Shown here: piece after piece, positions 49,475-58,341 of the stretch
Layout: each line of letters begins with the position of its first letter
How positions within the stretch are numbered: the first letter of the stretch is position 1
DNA from: Candidatus Latescibacterota bacterium
GTDB lineage: Bacteria > Latescibacterota > UBA2968 > UBA8231
DNA: 64,000 bases
Assembly: GCA_965203355.1 (NCBI GenBank)
Contig: OZ241889.1
Location: 1,024,001 to 1,088,000 of the forward strand
Reading direction: 5' to 3'
Notes under the pieces: model-generated
The model's database searches: none
What the model saw: only the letters and a program-made list of their open reading frames with translations
What the model was told of the DNA's origin: nothing
Position numbers and translations under genes: made by a program

Positions 49475-50713
49475 ATGCCCCGAGACCAGATGCTCACCCC
49501 GGAGGAAGCCCGCGCCATCGTTCTCAATCACGTACAAGTCCTCGGCCCGGAACGCGTCTCGCTGCTCGACGCCACGGGCCGCGTACTCGCCCAAGACGTG
49601 TTGGCGCGCCGCGACAATCCGCCCTGCGACAACTCGGCCATGGACGGCTATGCCGTGCGCCATGCAGACGTAGCCGCCGCAAGCAACGACGCACCCATAG
49701 CTTTGGCCGTCATCGAAGACATACCGGCCGGTACGGTGCCGCAAAAGGCCGTTGGCCCCGGTCAAGCCAGTCGCATTATGACGGGCGCGGCCGTGCCCGC
49801 TGGAGCCGATACCATCGCCCCGGTAGAAGACACTCGCCTTGCTGAGCAAGGGGTCGAGATTTTCGCCATTGAAGAGTGCGGCGCACACATTCGCCGCCGC
49901 GGCGAGGACATGCGCGGCGGCGAGCCGATCATCAAGGCCGGTACCGAGTGTGGCCCCGGCGAGTTGGCCGTGCTCGCCGCCGTGCAGCAGAGCTTCGTCT
50001 CGGTGTATCGTCGGCCGCGCGTCGCCATCCTCTCCACCGGCGACGAATTGGTCGAGATTGAGGAGACGCCCGGAGAAGGCCAAATCGTCAATAGCAATAC
50101 GTGCGCCCTGGCCGCCTTTTGCCGCGCTCACGGAGCCGAGCCGGTGATGCTGCCCACTGTGCCGGACGACGAGGCTGCCATCCGCGCCACCATTGAGGCC
50201 GCGCTCGCCGCTGACTTCGCCGTCTCCTCGGGAGGGGTATCGGTTGGCGAATACGACTTCGTCAAAAAGGTTCTCGACGGCTTGGGAGCCGAGACGATCT
50301 TCTGGCGCGTGGCCATGAAACCGGGCAAGCCGCTGGTCTTTTGCAGGGTCGGCGGTGTGCCGTATTTCGGCCTGCCCGGCAACCCGGTGTCGAGCATGAT
50401 GTCCTTTCTCCAGTTCGTGCGCCCGGCCATCCGCAAGGCCGCCGGCCATCCGCAATCGGCGTGGTTTTTGCCCGAGGCCCACGCCCGGGTGGAAAGCCCC
50501 TGCGACAACGACGGCGACCGCCGCCAGTACATGCGTGCCACCTTGCGCTACCAAGATGGCCAGTTCTGGGTGCGCCCCGCCCACAGCCAAGGCTCCCACA
50601 TAATCAGCTCCATGCTCAACGCCAACAGCTTCGTCGTCCTCGAACCTCGCCAACGCGCCGAAATCGGCGACCCAGTACTGGTGCAGGTCGTTGGAAAGTT
50701 CGCGATGAGATAG
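49475..50713 (+). CDS. moeA: Molybdopterin molybdenumtransferase
   Basis: SAMDGYA, IMTGA, STGDEL, SGGVSVG, KPGKP, GLPGNP. Confidence 0.96.
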   Translation: MPRDQMLTPEEARAIVLNHVQVLGPERVSLLDATGRVLAQDVLARRDNPPCDNSAMDGYAVRHADVAAASNDAPIALAVIEDIPAGTVPQKAVGPGQASRIMTGAAVPAGADTIAPVEDTRLAEQGVEIFAIEECGAHIRRRGEDMRGGEPIIKAGTECGPGELAVLAAVQQSFVSVYRRPRVAILSTGDELVEIEETPGEGQIVNSNTCALAAFCRAHGAEPVMLPTVPDDEAAIRATIEAALAADFAVSSGGVSVGEYDFVKKVLDGLGAETIFWRVAMKPGKPLVFCRVGGVPYFGLPGNPVSSMMSFLQFVRPAIRKAAGHPQSAWFLPEAHARVESPCDNDGDRRQYMRATLRYQDGQFWVRPAHSQGSHIISSMLNANSFVVLEPRQRAEIGDPVLVQVVGKFAMR

Positions 50714-50770
50714 CGGCGAAAAATCGCGCCCTTTAGCACCACCGAGGTGCTTCATCATCAAGGATCCGTT

Positions 50771-51835
50771 ATGGCCTCCAAAGTACTCGACAATCGCGCG
50801 CTAAAACCGCTGCAACCGGCGACCTCGCTGTGGAAGCAGTACGATCCGGCGACCGCGCCTCGCGCCTTTAAGGCCGAAGATCCGGCCCAAGCGCGACGCT
50901 GGCAAAAGACGACGCGACGCGCGCTAGCCAAGCATCTGGGCCTAGAAGCTGACAACGAAACAGACTGGGCACCGCGCACCGTAGAAGCAATTGACAAAGG
51001 CGATTACACGCGGCAAAAAATAATCCTGCACACTGGTCCTCACGCGCAGATGCCGGTGTACATCTTGCTGCCCAAAGGCGTGGAAGGCCCCCTCCCTACG
51101 GTTGTAGCCTTCCACGGCCACGGCTACGGTGTCAAGGACATCGTCGGTTTGTGGGAAGATGGCGGCGAGCGCGACGCGCCCGACGGGTACCACAAGGACT
51201 TTGGCGTGGCTTTGTGCCGCGCTGGTTTTGCCGTGGTCGCGCCAGAAATTTCGGGCTTTGGCGAGCGTCAGACCGATTTCTCCTATCTGGAACGCGGCCA
51301 AGGATCCCCTTCGACTTGTACCCACATGGCCATGCTCGCCTTTCACTTGGGCCTCTCAGTGGTCGGCATCCGCGTCCGCGATGGGCTGTGCTTGGTCGAT
51401 TACTTGGAAACCCGCCCCGAGTTCGACACCAGTCGCCTCGGGGCCATGGGCATTTCAGGCGGTGGCATGCACACCTTCTTCTCCGCCTGCGTGGACGAGC
51501 GCATCCGCGCCTGCGTGATCAGCGGCTACTACTCGACTTTCCAGCACAGCATCCTCGCCATGGCGCACTGTCCCTGTAACTACGTGCCGGGCTTGGCCGA
51601 ATTCGGCGAGATGTACGATCTGGTCGGCCTCATTGCCCCGCGCCCCCTGCTGGTGGAAGCCGGCACGCACGACCCCATCTTCCCCATTGCTGCCGTGCGC
51701 TCCAGCCTGACGAAAGCCCGCCGGGTGTACGGCGTGTTCTCAGCCCGCCAGCGGGTAGAAGCCGATGTTTTTTCGGGTCGCCACCAAATCAGCGGGGCCC
51801 GCGCCTACGACTTTCTGCGCGAAGCCCTCGTCTGA
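50771..51835 (+). CDS. Alpha/beta hydrolase (dienelactone hydrolase / acetylxylan esterase-like)
   Basis: HGHG, FGER, nucleophile GISGGG, HCPCNYVPG, D and terminal H of the catalytic triad. Confidence 0.85.
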   Translation: MASKVLDNRALKPLQPATSLWKQYDPATAPRAFKAEDPAQARRWQKTTRRALAKHLGLEADNETDWAPRTVEAIDKGDYTRQKIILHTGPHAQMPVYILLPKGVEGPLPTVVAFHGHGYGVKDIVGLWEDGGERDAPDGYHKDFGVALCRAGFAVVAPEISGFGERQTDFSYLERGQGSPSTCTHMAMLAFHLGLSVVGIRVRDGLCLVDYLETRPEFDTSRLGAMGISGGGMHTFFSACVDERIRACVISGYYSTFQHSILAMAHCPCNYVPGLAEFGEMYDLVGLIAPRPLLVEAGTHDPIFPIAAVRSSLTKARRVYGVFSARQRVEADVFSGRHQISGARAYDFLREALV

Positions 51836-51900
51836 CGGCCTCAAGCAAGGCCGCTGGACTGGACTTGCGCGGCTTGGCGGGGCCGTTGGTTTGTCGCCGC

Positions 51901-51930
51901 AAAAAAAAACCGGCCCGCAGACCGGTTTTT
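51901..51930. terminator. Bidirectional terminator
   Basis: aaaaaccgg-loop-ccggttttt between convergent genes. Confidence 0.6.
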
Positions 51931-51948
51931 CGTCCGACAAATACCATG

Positions 51949-52851
51949 CTATTTCGCTTGGAACTGCTCGATTAGTCGGCGCACGTCTGAGTGCCCGTCA
52001 ACGCCGCGACCGGGATGGATGATCAGCCGGTAGCAGAAGACGGCTTTGTCGCCGCCGGGGATGGTCAGGCTCGCGTCTAGGCTTTTGTCGCCCTTGAAAT
52101 CGCGGACTCCAAAGGGATTGGCGGTGAATAACCCGTAGCCGCGCACATGCCAGTAGGTCGGGTGGCGGGGATTGTCGCGGTGATCGACGACGGTGTGGCC
52201 CCACTCCTCGCCGTCGGCTACCGGCCCGGAATAATCCACCCAAGCCGCCGGCTGGCCCCAAGTGACTTCCGCGCCTTGGCCATTTTCAAAGACTTGGCCG
52301 GCGGCATTTTCAATCCGTCCCGCCCCCTTGGCATCCATGGAAGTCGGCACCCGGATCGCAAACAGCCCGCCTTCTTTGGTGTCGCCAAAGGTCGCGTCGC
52401 CGTAGCGGGCCCGGAATTCGCTGCGCTGGTCCAAGATGCGCAACGCACCTTGGGCGCGGATGGCGATGGTGCGCCGCTCCTCCAACAGCTTCTCGCCCTC
52501 TGGCCCGAACCAATCGACGATTCCGTCGATCTGCGCGGTGCCGTCGGCTGTGCCTACGACCGGCTCGCCCCGTTGCAGCATGGCTCCGTGGCCGGTGCCT
52601 TCGGACCAGAGGTCGTGGCCGTTGACGAGGCCGTGAGCGGTGTAGATGCCGCGATGGTGGTAGTGGTCCTGCGTTTCGCCTGCGACATCTTCCATTGGAT
52701 AGGCGCGGGTAAGGCCGGTGCCGCTGGGCGTCAGCACGGGATAGAAGTACGGGCGGCACACGTAGTGGCCGTAGCGGTATTCGGTAAAAAGCTGGCCGTC
52801 GATGGTGACGACGGCCTTGCAGTCGGCGGGAATTAGCTCGATAGCGATCAT
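51949..52851 (-). CDS. DUF6807/'PmoA family' protein (probably carbohydrate-active; not a methane monooxygenase)
   Basis: RPYFYPV, DHYHHRG, FGDTKEGG, WVDYSG, WHVRGYGLF.ANPFG. Confidence 0.75.
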   Translation of the reverse strand: MIAIELIPADCKAVVTIDGQLFTEYRYGHYVCRPYFYPVLTPSGTGLTRAYPMEDVAGETQDHYHHRGIYTAHGLVNGHDLWSEGTGHGAMLQRGEPVVGTADGTAQIDGIVDWFGPEGEKLLEERRTIAIRAQGALRILDQRSEFRARYGDATFGDTKEGGLFAIRVPTSMDAKGAGRIENAAGQVFENGQGAEVTWGQPAAWVDYSGPVADGEEWGHTVVDHRDNPRHPTYWHVRGYGLFTANPFGVRDFKGDKSLDASLTIPGGDKAVFCYRLIIHPGRGVDGHSDVRRLIEQFQAK

Positions 52852-52864
52852 CGCTTCCTTTCGG

Positions 52865-54205
52865 TTATGCGGCTCGGCCACAGCAGTGCTTGTACTTCTT
52901 GCCGCTGCCGCAGGCGCACGGGTCGTTGCGGCCCGGGGCCTTTTGGTGCAGAGCCGCCTTGACCGCGTCCCTTTTTCTGGCCCATTCCATCACGCCGACA
53001 GCCGGTCGGCCTTGCCGCAGTTCATTGGCCATAAAGCGCATGTAGGGATCGACGTGCCCGAAGTACATTTTGTACCCCTTGCACAAGTAGTTGAGGCCGT
53101 CTTCGCCACGCGGGGTTTTGGTAAAGCGGTGCTTGGGGCAGCCGCCGTTGCAGGCGAAGCGATACGCGCATTCGACGCAGTACTGGGGCAGCGCGTCCTT
53201 TTTGTCCTGCCCGAACTTGGTTTGCCGTGGGCTGGCGACCATGTCGCGGATGCTTTCCTCGTGGACATTGCCTAGCCGATAATCCGAATAGACGAAATGG
53301 TCGCAGGAGTACAAGTCGCCGTTGTGCTCGATGATCAGGGCCTTGCCGCAGGTCTCGGCGAAGATGCACAGGCTCGCATTTTGGCCGAGCCACGAGCCGA
53401 GCGTCACGTCAAAAAGCTGCACAAAGACTTGGCCGACGTCGTTGCGCACCCATTCGTCGAATATCGCGCAGAGGAACTTGCCGTACTGCCCTGACCCCAC
53501 CGACCATTTGGAGACCGGCGCCCGGCCCTCGTATTCGGGATCGACTAAGGACAGCCCGTCCGCGTCTGGCTGGTGCGCGACGCGCTCGACGATGGGGATA
53601 AACTGCATAAACCCCGAGCCTACTTCGCGCAGGAAGCGGTAGATTTCGAGCGGATGATCGGCGTTGTGGTTTTGCAGTACGGTCAGAGTGTTGAATTCCA
53701 CCCCGTGCTTTTTGAGCGTTTGCAGACCGGCGGACACGCGGTCGTAGGTCGGCTTCTGGCCCTTGTCAACTCGGTAGTGGTCGTGGTATTGGCGCGGCCC
53801 ATCGATCGACAGCCCGATTAGGAATTTGTTTTCGGCGAGGAACGCGCCCCACTCGTCATTGAGGAGGATGCCGTTGGTTTGGAAGGCATTGGTTACTAGC
53901 TTGCCGTTGGCGTATTGCTGCTGTAGCTCGACTGCGCGGCGGAAAAAGTTTAAGCCCATCAGGGTTGGCTCGCCGCCCTGCCAAGCGAATTCTACCTGCT
54001 GCACATCTTGGGCCTCGATGTACTGCTTGACGTATAGCTCAAGCGTCTCGTCGGACATGCGCCAATTTTTGTGCGCGTCTGGGTAGAGCTTTTCTTTTTC
54101 GAGGTAGAAGCAGTACTTGCAGTCGATGTTGCAGACCGAGCCCGAGGGCTTGGCCATCACGTGGCAAGACGCCGGAGCAGCAGTCGGTATGGTCGCAGTT
54201 TCCAT
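52865..54205 (-). CDS. Anaerobic sulfatase maturase (radical SAM/SPASM) with C-terminal SEC-C motif
   Basis: CNIDCKYCFY, WQGGEP, QTNG, YSCDHFV, CNGGCPK, GRNDPCACGSGKKYKHCC. Confidence 0.93.
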   Translation of the reverse strand: METATIPTAAPASCHVMAKPSGSVCNIDCKYCFYLEKEKLYPDAHKNWRMSDETLELYVKQYIEAQDVQQVEFAWQGGEPTLMGLNFFRRAVELQQQYANGKLVTNAFQTNGILLNDEWGAFLAENKFLIGLSIDGPRQYHDHYRVDKGQKPTYDRVSAGLQTLKKHGVEFNTLTVLQNHNADHPLEIYRFLREVGSGFMQFIPIVERVAHQPDADGLSLVDPEYEGRAPVSKWSVGSGQYGKFLCAIFDEWVRNDVGQVFVQLFDVTLGSWLGQNASLCIFAETCGKALIIEHNGDLYSCDHFVYSDYRLGNVHEESIRDMVASPRQTKFGQDKKDALPQYCVECAYRFACNGGCPKHRFTKTPRGEDGLNYLCKGYKMYFGHVDPYMRFMANELRQGRPAVGVMEWARKRDAVKAALHQKAPGRNDPCACGSGKKYKHCCGRAA

Positions 54206-54274
54206 CAGGGCCTATCTTGAAGCGGTGAGTATGATAGCGTTTGCCCTTCCGCAATGCAAATATAGGAAAATCTA

Positions 54275-54958
54275 ATGCGCACCATTTTCGTCGGCGATGT
54301 CCACGGCTGCGCCGCTGAGTTTGCCGCCTTCTTGGCAAAGATACGTTACGACCGATCTCAAGATCGCCTGTTGCTGACCGGCGATGCCTTTGCTCGCGGC
54401 CCGGACCCGCTGGCCGTGTGGCAGTTGATCCAAGATACCCACGCCGAAATGGTTTTGGGCAACCACGACGCGCGCCTCTTGAAGCAACTAAATGCCTTAG
54501 GGAAGGGCCGCCAGCCCAAAGTGAAGTTCCCCGACCAGCGCTATACCCTCGCCCAGCTTCAGCCGGCCCACGAAGAAATCCTCGCTTGGCTTCGGCTGTG
54601 TCCGCTCTACATGGCCGAAGACGCTTTCTTGCTGGTCCACGCCGGTGTCCACCCGAAAAAGGGCTTACAAGGCACCCGCCGCAAAGAATTCCTCAAGATC
54701 CGCACTTGGCCGCCCTCGGACGATCTCGCCAGCCCGCGCTGGCACGATTTCTACGAGCCGGAGTACCCCCTGATCGTCTTTGGCCACGACGCGCCCGGCG
54801 GCTTGGTGGTCAAAAAGCGCGCGGGCCGTCCCTACCTTATCGGCCTTGACTCGGGCTGCATTTACGGCGGCCAGCTCAGTGGTTATGTGCTTGAAGAAGC
54901 GCGGCTCGTGCAGGTGGAGAGCCAGCAAGCGGCGCAGGTGTGGAAGCGGCTTGCTTAG
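54275..54958 (+). CDS. Metallophosphoesterase (ApaH/PrpA-like)
   Basis: GDVHG, GD..ARGP, GNHD, HAG, FGH, LDSGC. Confidence 0.9.
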   Translation: MRTIFVGDVHGCAAEFAAFLAKIRYDRSQDRLLLTGDAFARGPDPLAVWQLIQDTHAEMVLGNHDARLLKQLNALGKGRQPKVKFPDQRYTLAQLQPAHEEILAWLRLCPLYMAEDAFLLVHAGVHPKKGLQGTRRKEFLKIRTWPPSDDLASPRWHDFYEPEYPLIVFGHDAPGGLVVKKRAGRPYLIGLDSGCIYGGQLSGYVLEEARLVQVESQQAAQVWKRLA

Positions 54959-56109
54959 GCGAGGTCGCCGTTCCAGAGCATTTGGACGAAGGTGGCTGCG
55001 GGCAGGATGTCGATGCCGTCGTCCGTGCGGTGCGCCCGGGGTTCGAGGCACGCGACCACTCGTCGGCTGACGCTCGGATGATCTGCTACTAGGCTGCGCA
55101 GCCCTTTCAAGTGGTTGCCAACGATGTGATTGCTCGCCTTGGCCTCGACCGCTATCCGCATGTCGCCCAAGATAAAATCGACCTCGGTGCCGCCGGCTAG
55201 ACGCCAATAAGTCAGTTCGCCGTCGAACGCTTGATAGTCGGCAAACGCGGTCAATTCGTGGAACACCCAGTTTTCAAATGCCTTGCCGTATAGCTCCGAT
55301 CCCGGTAGCAGTTGGCCCCGGTGGGCGAGTCGGTTGGCTACGCCAACATCCGCAAAATAGAACTTCGGCGCGGCAACCACTCTGCGCTTGGGACGCCGGC
55401 GGAAGGCGGGCAACCAGCGCCCGAGCAGCGCGTCTTCGAGAATCTCGTAGTAGCTCCGCGCCGTGTGACTGGTGACGCCGCACGCCGGGGCGATATTAGA
55501 GAAGTTGACCATTTCGGTATCGCCTAGCGCGGCGGCGGCTAAAAATCCAGCAAACGCCGGCAAACTGCGGACCAGCCCTTCGGCCGCGACTTCCTCCTTG
55601 AGATAGTCGGCGACATAAGCGTCGAGCAACCGCGCCGGCCGGGTGTTGGCGTAGATTCGGGGCAGGTAGCCGTGGTTGAGGAGGCGGGTGAGATCAAAGT
55701 CGGCGCCGAGTTCCCGCGCGGTCAGCCCGTGTAGTTGGTGTCGCACGGCCCGTCCGCCGAGCAGGTTGGCACCTCCGCGCCGCACCTTGCGGGCACTGGA
55801 ACCGCACAGAGCGAAACACAACCCTCGGTTTTCGATCAGCCAATGCACCTCGTCGAGCAGCGCAGGTACCTTCTGAATCTCATCAATGACGATCTGGCGC
55901 TTGGGATCGAATCCTGTGGCCTCGATTTCATGACGCAAAAACTCTGGATTGGCGACGTACCGCCTGAACTCGTCTGCCTTTAGGAGGTCGAGCCACAGGC
56001 CGTCGGCGTACTGGTGTTTTAGCAGGGTGCTTTTGCCCGCCTGTCGCGGCCCCCAAAGGAAAAACGTCTCGGTGCCGGACGCGGGTAGGTTCAGAGCTCG
56101 CTCGTACAT
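54955..56109 (-). CDS. AAA_14 ATPase with DUF4143 and C-terminal PD-(D/E)XK-like domain
   Basis: GPRQAGKST, IDEIQK, GSSA, LLGGRA, PKFYFADVG, EVDF..AVEAK. Confidence 0.9.
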   Translation of the reverse strand: MYERALNLPASGTETFFLWGPRQAGKSTLLKHQYADGLWLDLLKADEFRRYVANPEFLRHEIEATGFDPKRQIVIDEIQKVPALLDEVHWLIENRGLCFALCGSSARKVRRGGANLLGGRAVRHQLHGLTARELGADFDLTRLLNHGYLPRIYANTRPARLLDAYVADYLKEEVAAEGLVRSLPAFAGFLAAAALGDTEMVNFSNIAPACGVTSHTARSYYEILEDALLGRWLPAFRRRPKRRVVAAPKFYFADVGVANRLAHRGQLLPGSELYGKAFENWVFHELTAFADYQAFDGELTYWRLAGGTEVDFILGDMRIAVEAKASNHIVGNHLKGLRSLVADHPSVSRRVVACLEPRAHRTDDGIDILPAATFVQMLWNGDLA

Positions 56110-56113
56110 GAAC

Positions 56114-56185
56114 TTAAAATTAACGTGTAAATTTGAAATAGCTATTCAAAATTGCATGATAATTTGAAGTAGCGGTTCAAAATTA
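56114..56185. promoter_or_regulatory. Array of imperfect palindromes with 31-bp period upstream of the DUF4143 ATPase
   Basis: ttaaaattaacgtgtaaatttgaa (56114), ttcaaaattgcatgataatttgaa (56145), half-site ttcaaaatt (56176). Confidence 0.55.
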
Positions 56186-56238
56186 CAGAAAAATAAAGGC
56201 ACCCGGACGCGCCTTCAGGAAGCGATCTATTGCCTCAA

Positions 56239-56436
56239 ACGTAGTACATGACTTCGTGCGCTTGTGCCTGCGCGATGTCGTAGGCTGCTTGCAGCCGTAT
56301 CCAAGTAGCCGAAGGTTTTGGCGAGGCGGATGGCCATATCGGCCGACATGTGTGCGCGACGATTCACCAAATTCGAGAGGGCTTGGCGACTGACGCCGAG
56401 GCTCTTCGCGCCTTCGGCGACGTCCTTTCTGGGCAC
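56239..56436 (-). pseudogene. HigA-family antitoxin remnant
   Basis: VAEGAKSLGVSRQALSNLVN....SADMAIRLAKTFG, then after a frameshift/deletion TWIRLQAAYDIAQA; N-terminal HPG motif lost. Confidence 0.75.
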
Positions 56437-56531
56437 TGGTTATCAATAGAGTGGAGTAAAACACTATGGGGCGATCTAGACATTGCCCTTGACTTTTTTT
56501 GGTCTATATTTGGTCCGAAAAGGAGGTGCCT

Positions 56532-56807
56532 ATGAAACTGTCCAGCCAGATTAAGCCGATCAGCTATCTCAAGGCCCACGCCGCTGAGATCGTGCGCACA
56601 CTTGGAGATCAACCAGAACCCTTGATTATCACTCAAAATGGCGAAGCCAAAGCGGTCATGCAGGATATAGACAGCTACGAGCAGATGCAGGAAACAGTTG
56701 CATTGCTCAAGATTCTCGCGCTGGGTAGCCGGCAGATCGAAGCAGGTCAGGTGCAGCCCGCCGCCGATGTCGTCGCCCGGCTCCGGGAGCGGCCACGGGA
56801 TCGCTGA
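56532..56807 (+). CDS. Phd/YefM family antitoxin
   Basis: RBS AGGAGG; IKPISYLKAHAAEI, IITQNGEAKAV; overlaps the toxin start (TGATG). Confidence 0.92.
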   Translation: MKLSSQIKPISYLKAHAAEIVRTLGDQPEPLIITQNGEAKAVMQDIDSYEQMQETVALLKILALGSRQIEAGQVQPAADVVARLRERPRDR

Positions 56808-57133
56808 TGGCTTGCTTGGTTCAGTTGACTGCTGACGCAACGCGCGATTTGGAGGAAATATGCGATTCCATCGATCGGCATGATGTGCCGGGTCGGGCGG
56901 CTTATGTGCTGGAGCAGATTGAGCAGGCTTTCGGCCGCCTTTCTGAATATCCCGAGCGGGGAAACTACCTGATGGAACTGCTGGACATTGGCATTCGGGA
57001 ATACCGCGAGATATTCTCCAAACCCTACCGCATCATCTATCGGATAATAAAAAATAACGTCTATGTGCTCTTGATCGCCGATGGACGACGCGACATGCAG
57101 ACGTTGCTACAGCGGCGCTTGCTGTGGGCGTAA
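56807..57133 (+). CDS. RelE/ParE family toxin
   Basis: TADATRDLEEI, YPERG, PYRIIYR, IADGRRDM; translationally coupled to the antitoxin. Confidence 0.9.
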   Translation: MACLVQLTADATRDLEEICDSIDRHDVPGRAAYVLEQIEQAFGRLSEYPERGNYLMELLDIGIREYREIFSKPYRIIYRIIKNNVYVLLIADGRRDMQTLLQRRLLWA

Positions 57134-57344
57134 TTTTCATGATCTCCGACTGGGGCACAGCGGCTCATAAGTCGCGCTCCCGACCGATCCCGTTCAGATC
57201 GTCGAGGCTGTAGTTGAATACGACTTACTGGGCGTAGAGGTAGCCTCAGCTAAAAGTGCTCATGTACTGGGCGACGGCGAAGGATAAGGCCAAGCAGCAA
57301 GCGAAGATGATGCGGATTATGTGGGGTGAGATGAGTTTTTACTC

Positions 57345-57378
57345 AACTTAGCCCACAGGTGCGACAGATCGCGTCGCA
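57345..57378 (-). promoter_or_regulatory. Putative WYL-regulator operator/promoter, copy 2
   Basis: Palindrome TGCGAC-agatcgc-GTCGCA at 57360-57378; on the minus strand followed by 9 nt and TAAGTT, as in copy 1. Confidence 0.65.
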
Positions 57379-57390
57379 GGCGGAAAATTT

Positions 57391-58338
57391 TTATGGCCGA
57401 ATCAAGTGCTCGACAAGTTCTAGTGCATCCACCGGCCAATAGCACGCTGGGCGAGGTTGATGGACATTGGGGTCTCCTTCCCTTGGTCGGCAGTTCAAGA
57501 GCCGGTCCACCCACCGCTCGGGGATGGCTTCTCGTCCATGCAGTGCGCCCAGCAGTGCGCCGCAGATGGCGGCGTTGGTGTCGGTGTCGCCGCCCCTGTG
57601 GACGGTATCTACGACAGCTTCCTCGAGATTCTCGGCGTGGAGCAGTTGCCATAGCGCGTTTTGGAACGCCGTCAGAACCAAGCCCTGTTCGTGCATATAA
57701 TCCGGCGGTGAAGTGATCGCGCTGTCGATGGCCGACATGAGCGTCGGTGCCGCTGGAATATCCGCGGCCCAGATCTTTATCTGTTTGTACAGCTCTTGGG
57801 GGCCGCATCCGGTGCGGACCGCGCAGGCAATGGCCGAAGCATAGAGCGAGTTGGCTTGCTGGCAGACCGGATGGGGATGCGTGAGTGCCGCGTCCTCGCA
57901 CGCCCATGATGCCACTTGCTCTAATTCGTAGTTAGCGCCGAAGATGCCCAGCGGGCTGATCCGCATCATGGCTCCGTTCGCTTGGCTACACTGATCGCGT
58001 TCACCTTGGAGGCCGCGGCGAATGGTGGTGCCGTAGTCGAACGGCTCAGAGTTGAACCAGCCGACATAAGCATCACGGGCAAGTGTTGGATCGTATCTGT
58101 TGTGTTGCGCCAGCACTCGGGCTAGGGCTAGCGCCATTTCGGAATCGTCCGTTGGTTGCCCGGCGATCGTGTTCCAAACCTCGCTGCCCTCGAGGTCGCG
58201 GACTCCGGCGGGGTGCTCGAACTGAATATCCTCGGGGCTTTGAAATTCCACTTGGCTGCCCAGCGCATCCCCGGCAAGTTGGCCCAGCAAGCAACCTTGA
58301 GCGCGCGCGAGGGTGTGGTCTCTTTCGCATATAGTCAT
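57391..58338 (-). CDS. ADP-ribosylglycohydrolase (DraG/ARH family)
   Basis: GQLAGDALG, GQPTDDSEMA, NGAMMRISP, LTHPHP, GGDTDTNAAICGALLGA. Confidence 0.93.
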   Translation of the reverse strand: MTICERDHTLARAQGCLLGQLAGDALGSQVEFQSPEDIQFEHPAGVRDLEGSEVWNTIAGQPTDDSEMALALARVLAQHNRYDPTLARDAYVGWFNSEPFDYGTTIRRGLQGERDQCSQANGAMMRISPLGIFGANYELEQVASWACEDAALTHPHPVCQQANSLYASAIACAVRTGCGPQELYKQIKIWAADIPAAPTLMSAIDSAITSPPDYMHEQGLVLTAFQNALWQLLHAENLEEAVVDTVHRGGDTDTNAAICGALLGALHGREAIPERWVDRLLNCRPREGDPNVHQPRPACYWPVDALELVEHLIRP

Positions 58339-58341
58339 TTA

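Noticed and set aside
51949-52851. 'PmoA family' label suggesting methanotrophy
   Set aside because: The protein is soluble with no TM helices and no pmoB/pmoC neighbours; the family label is misleading.
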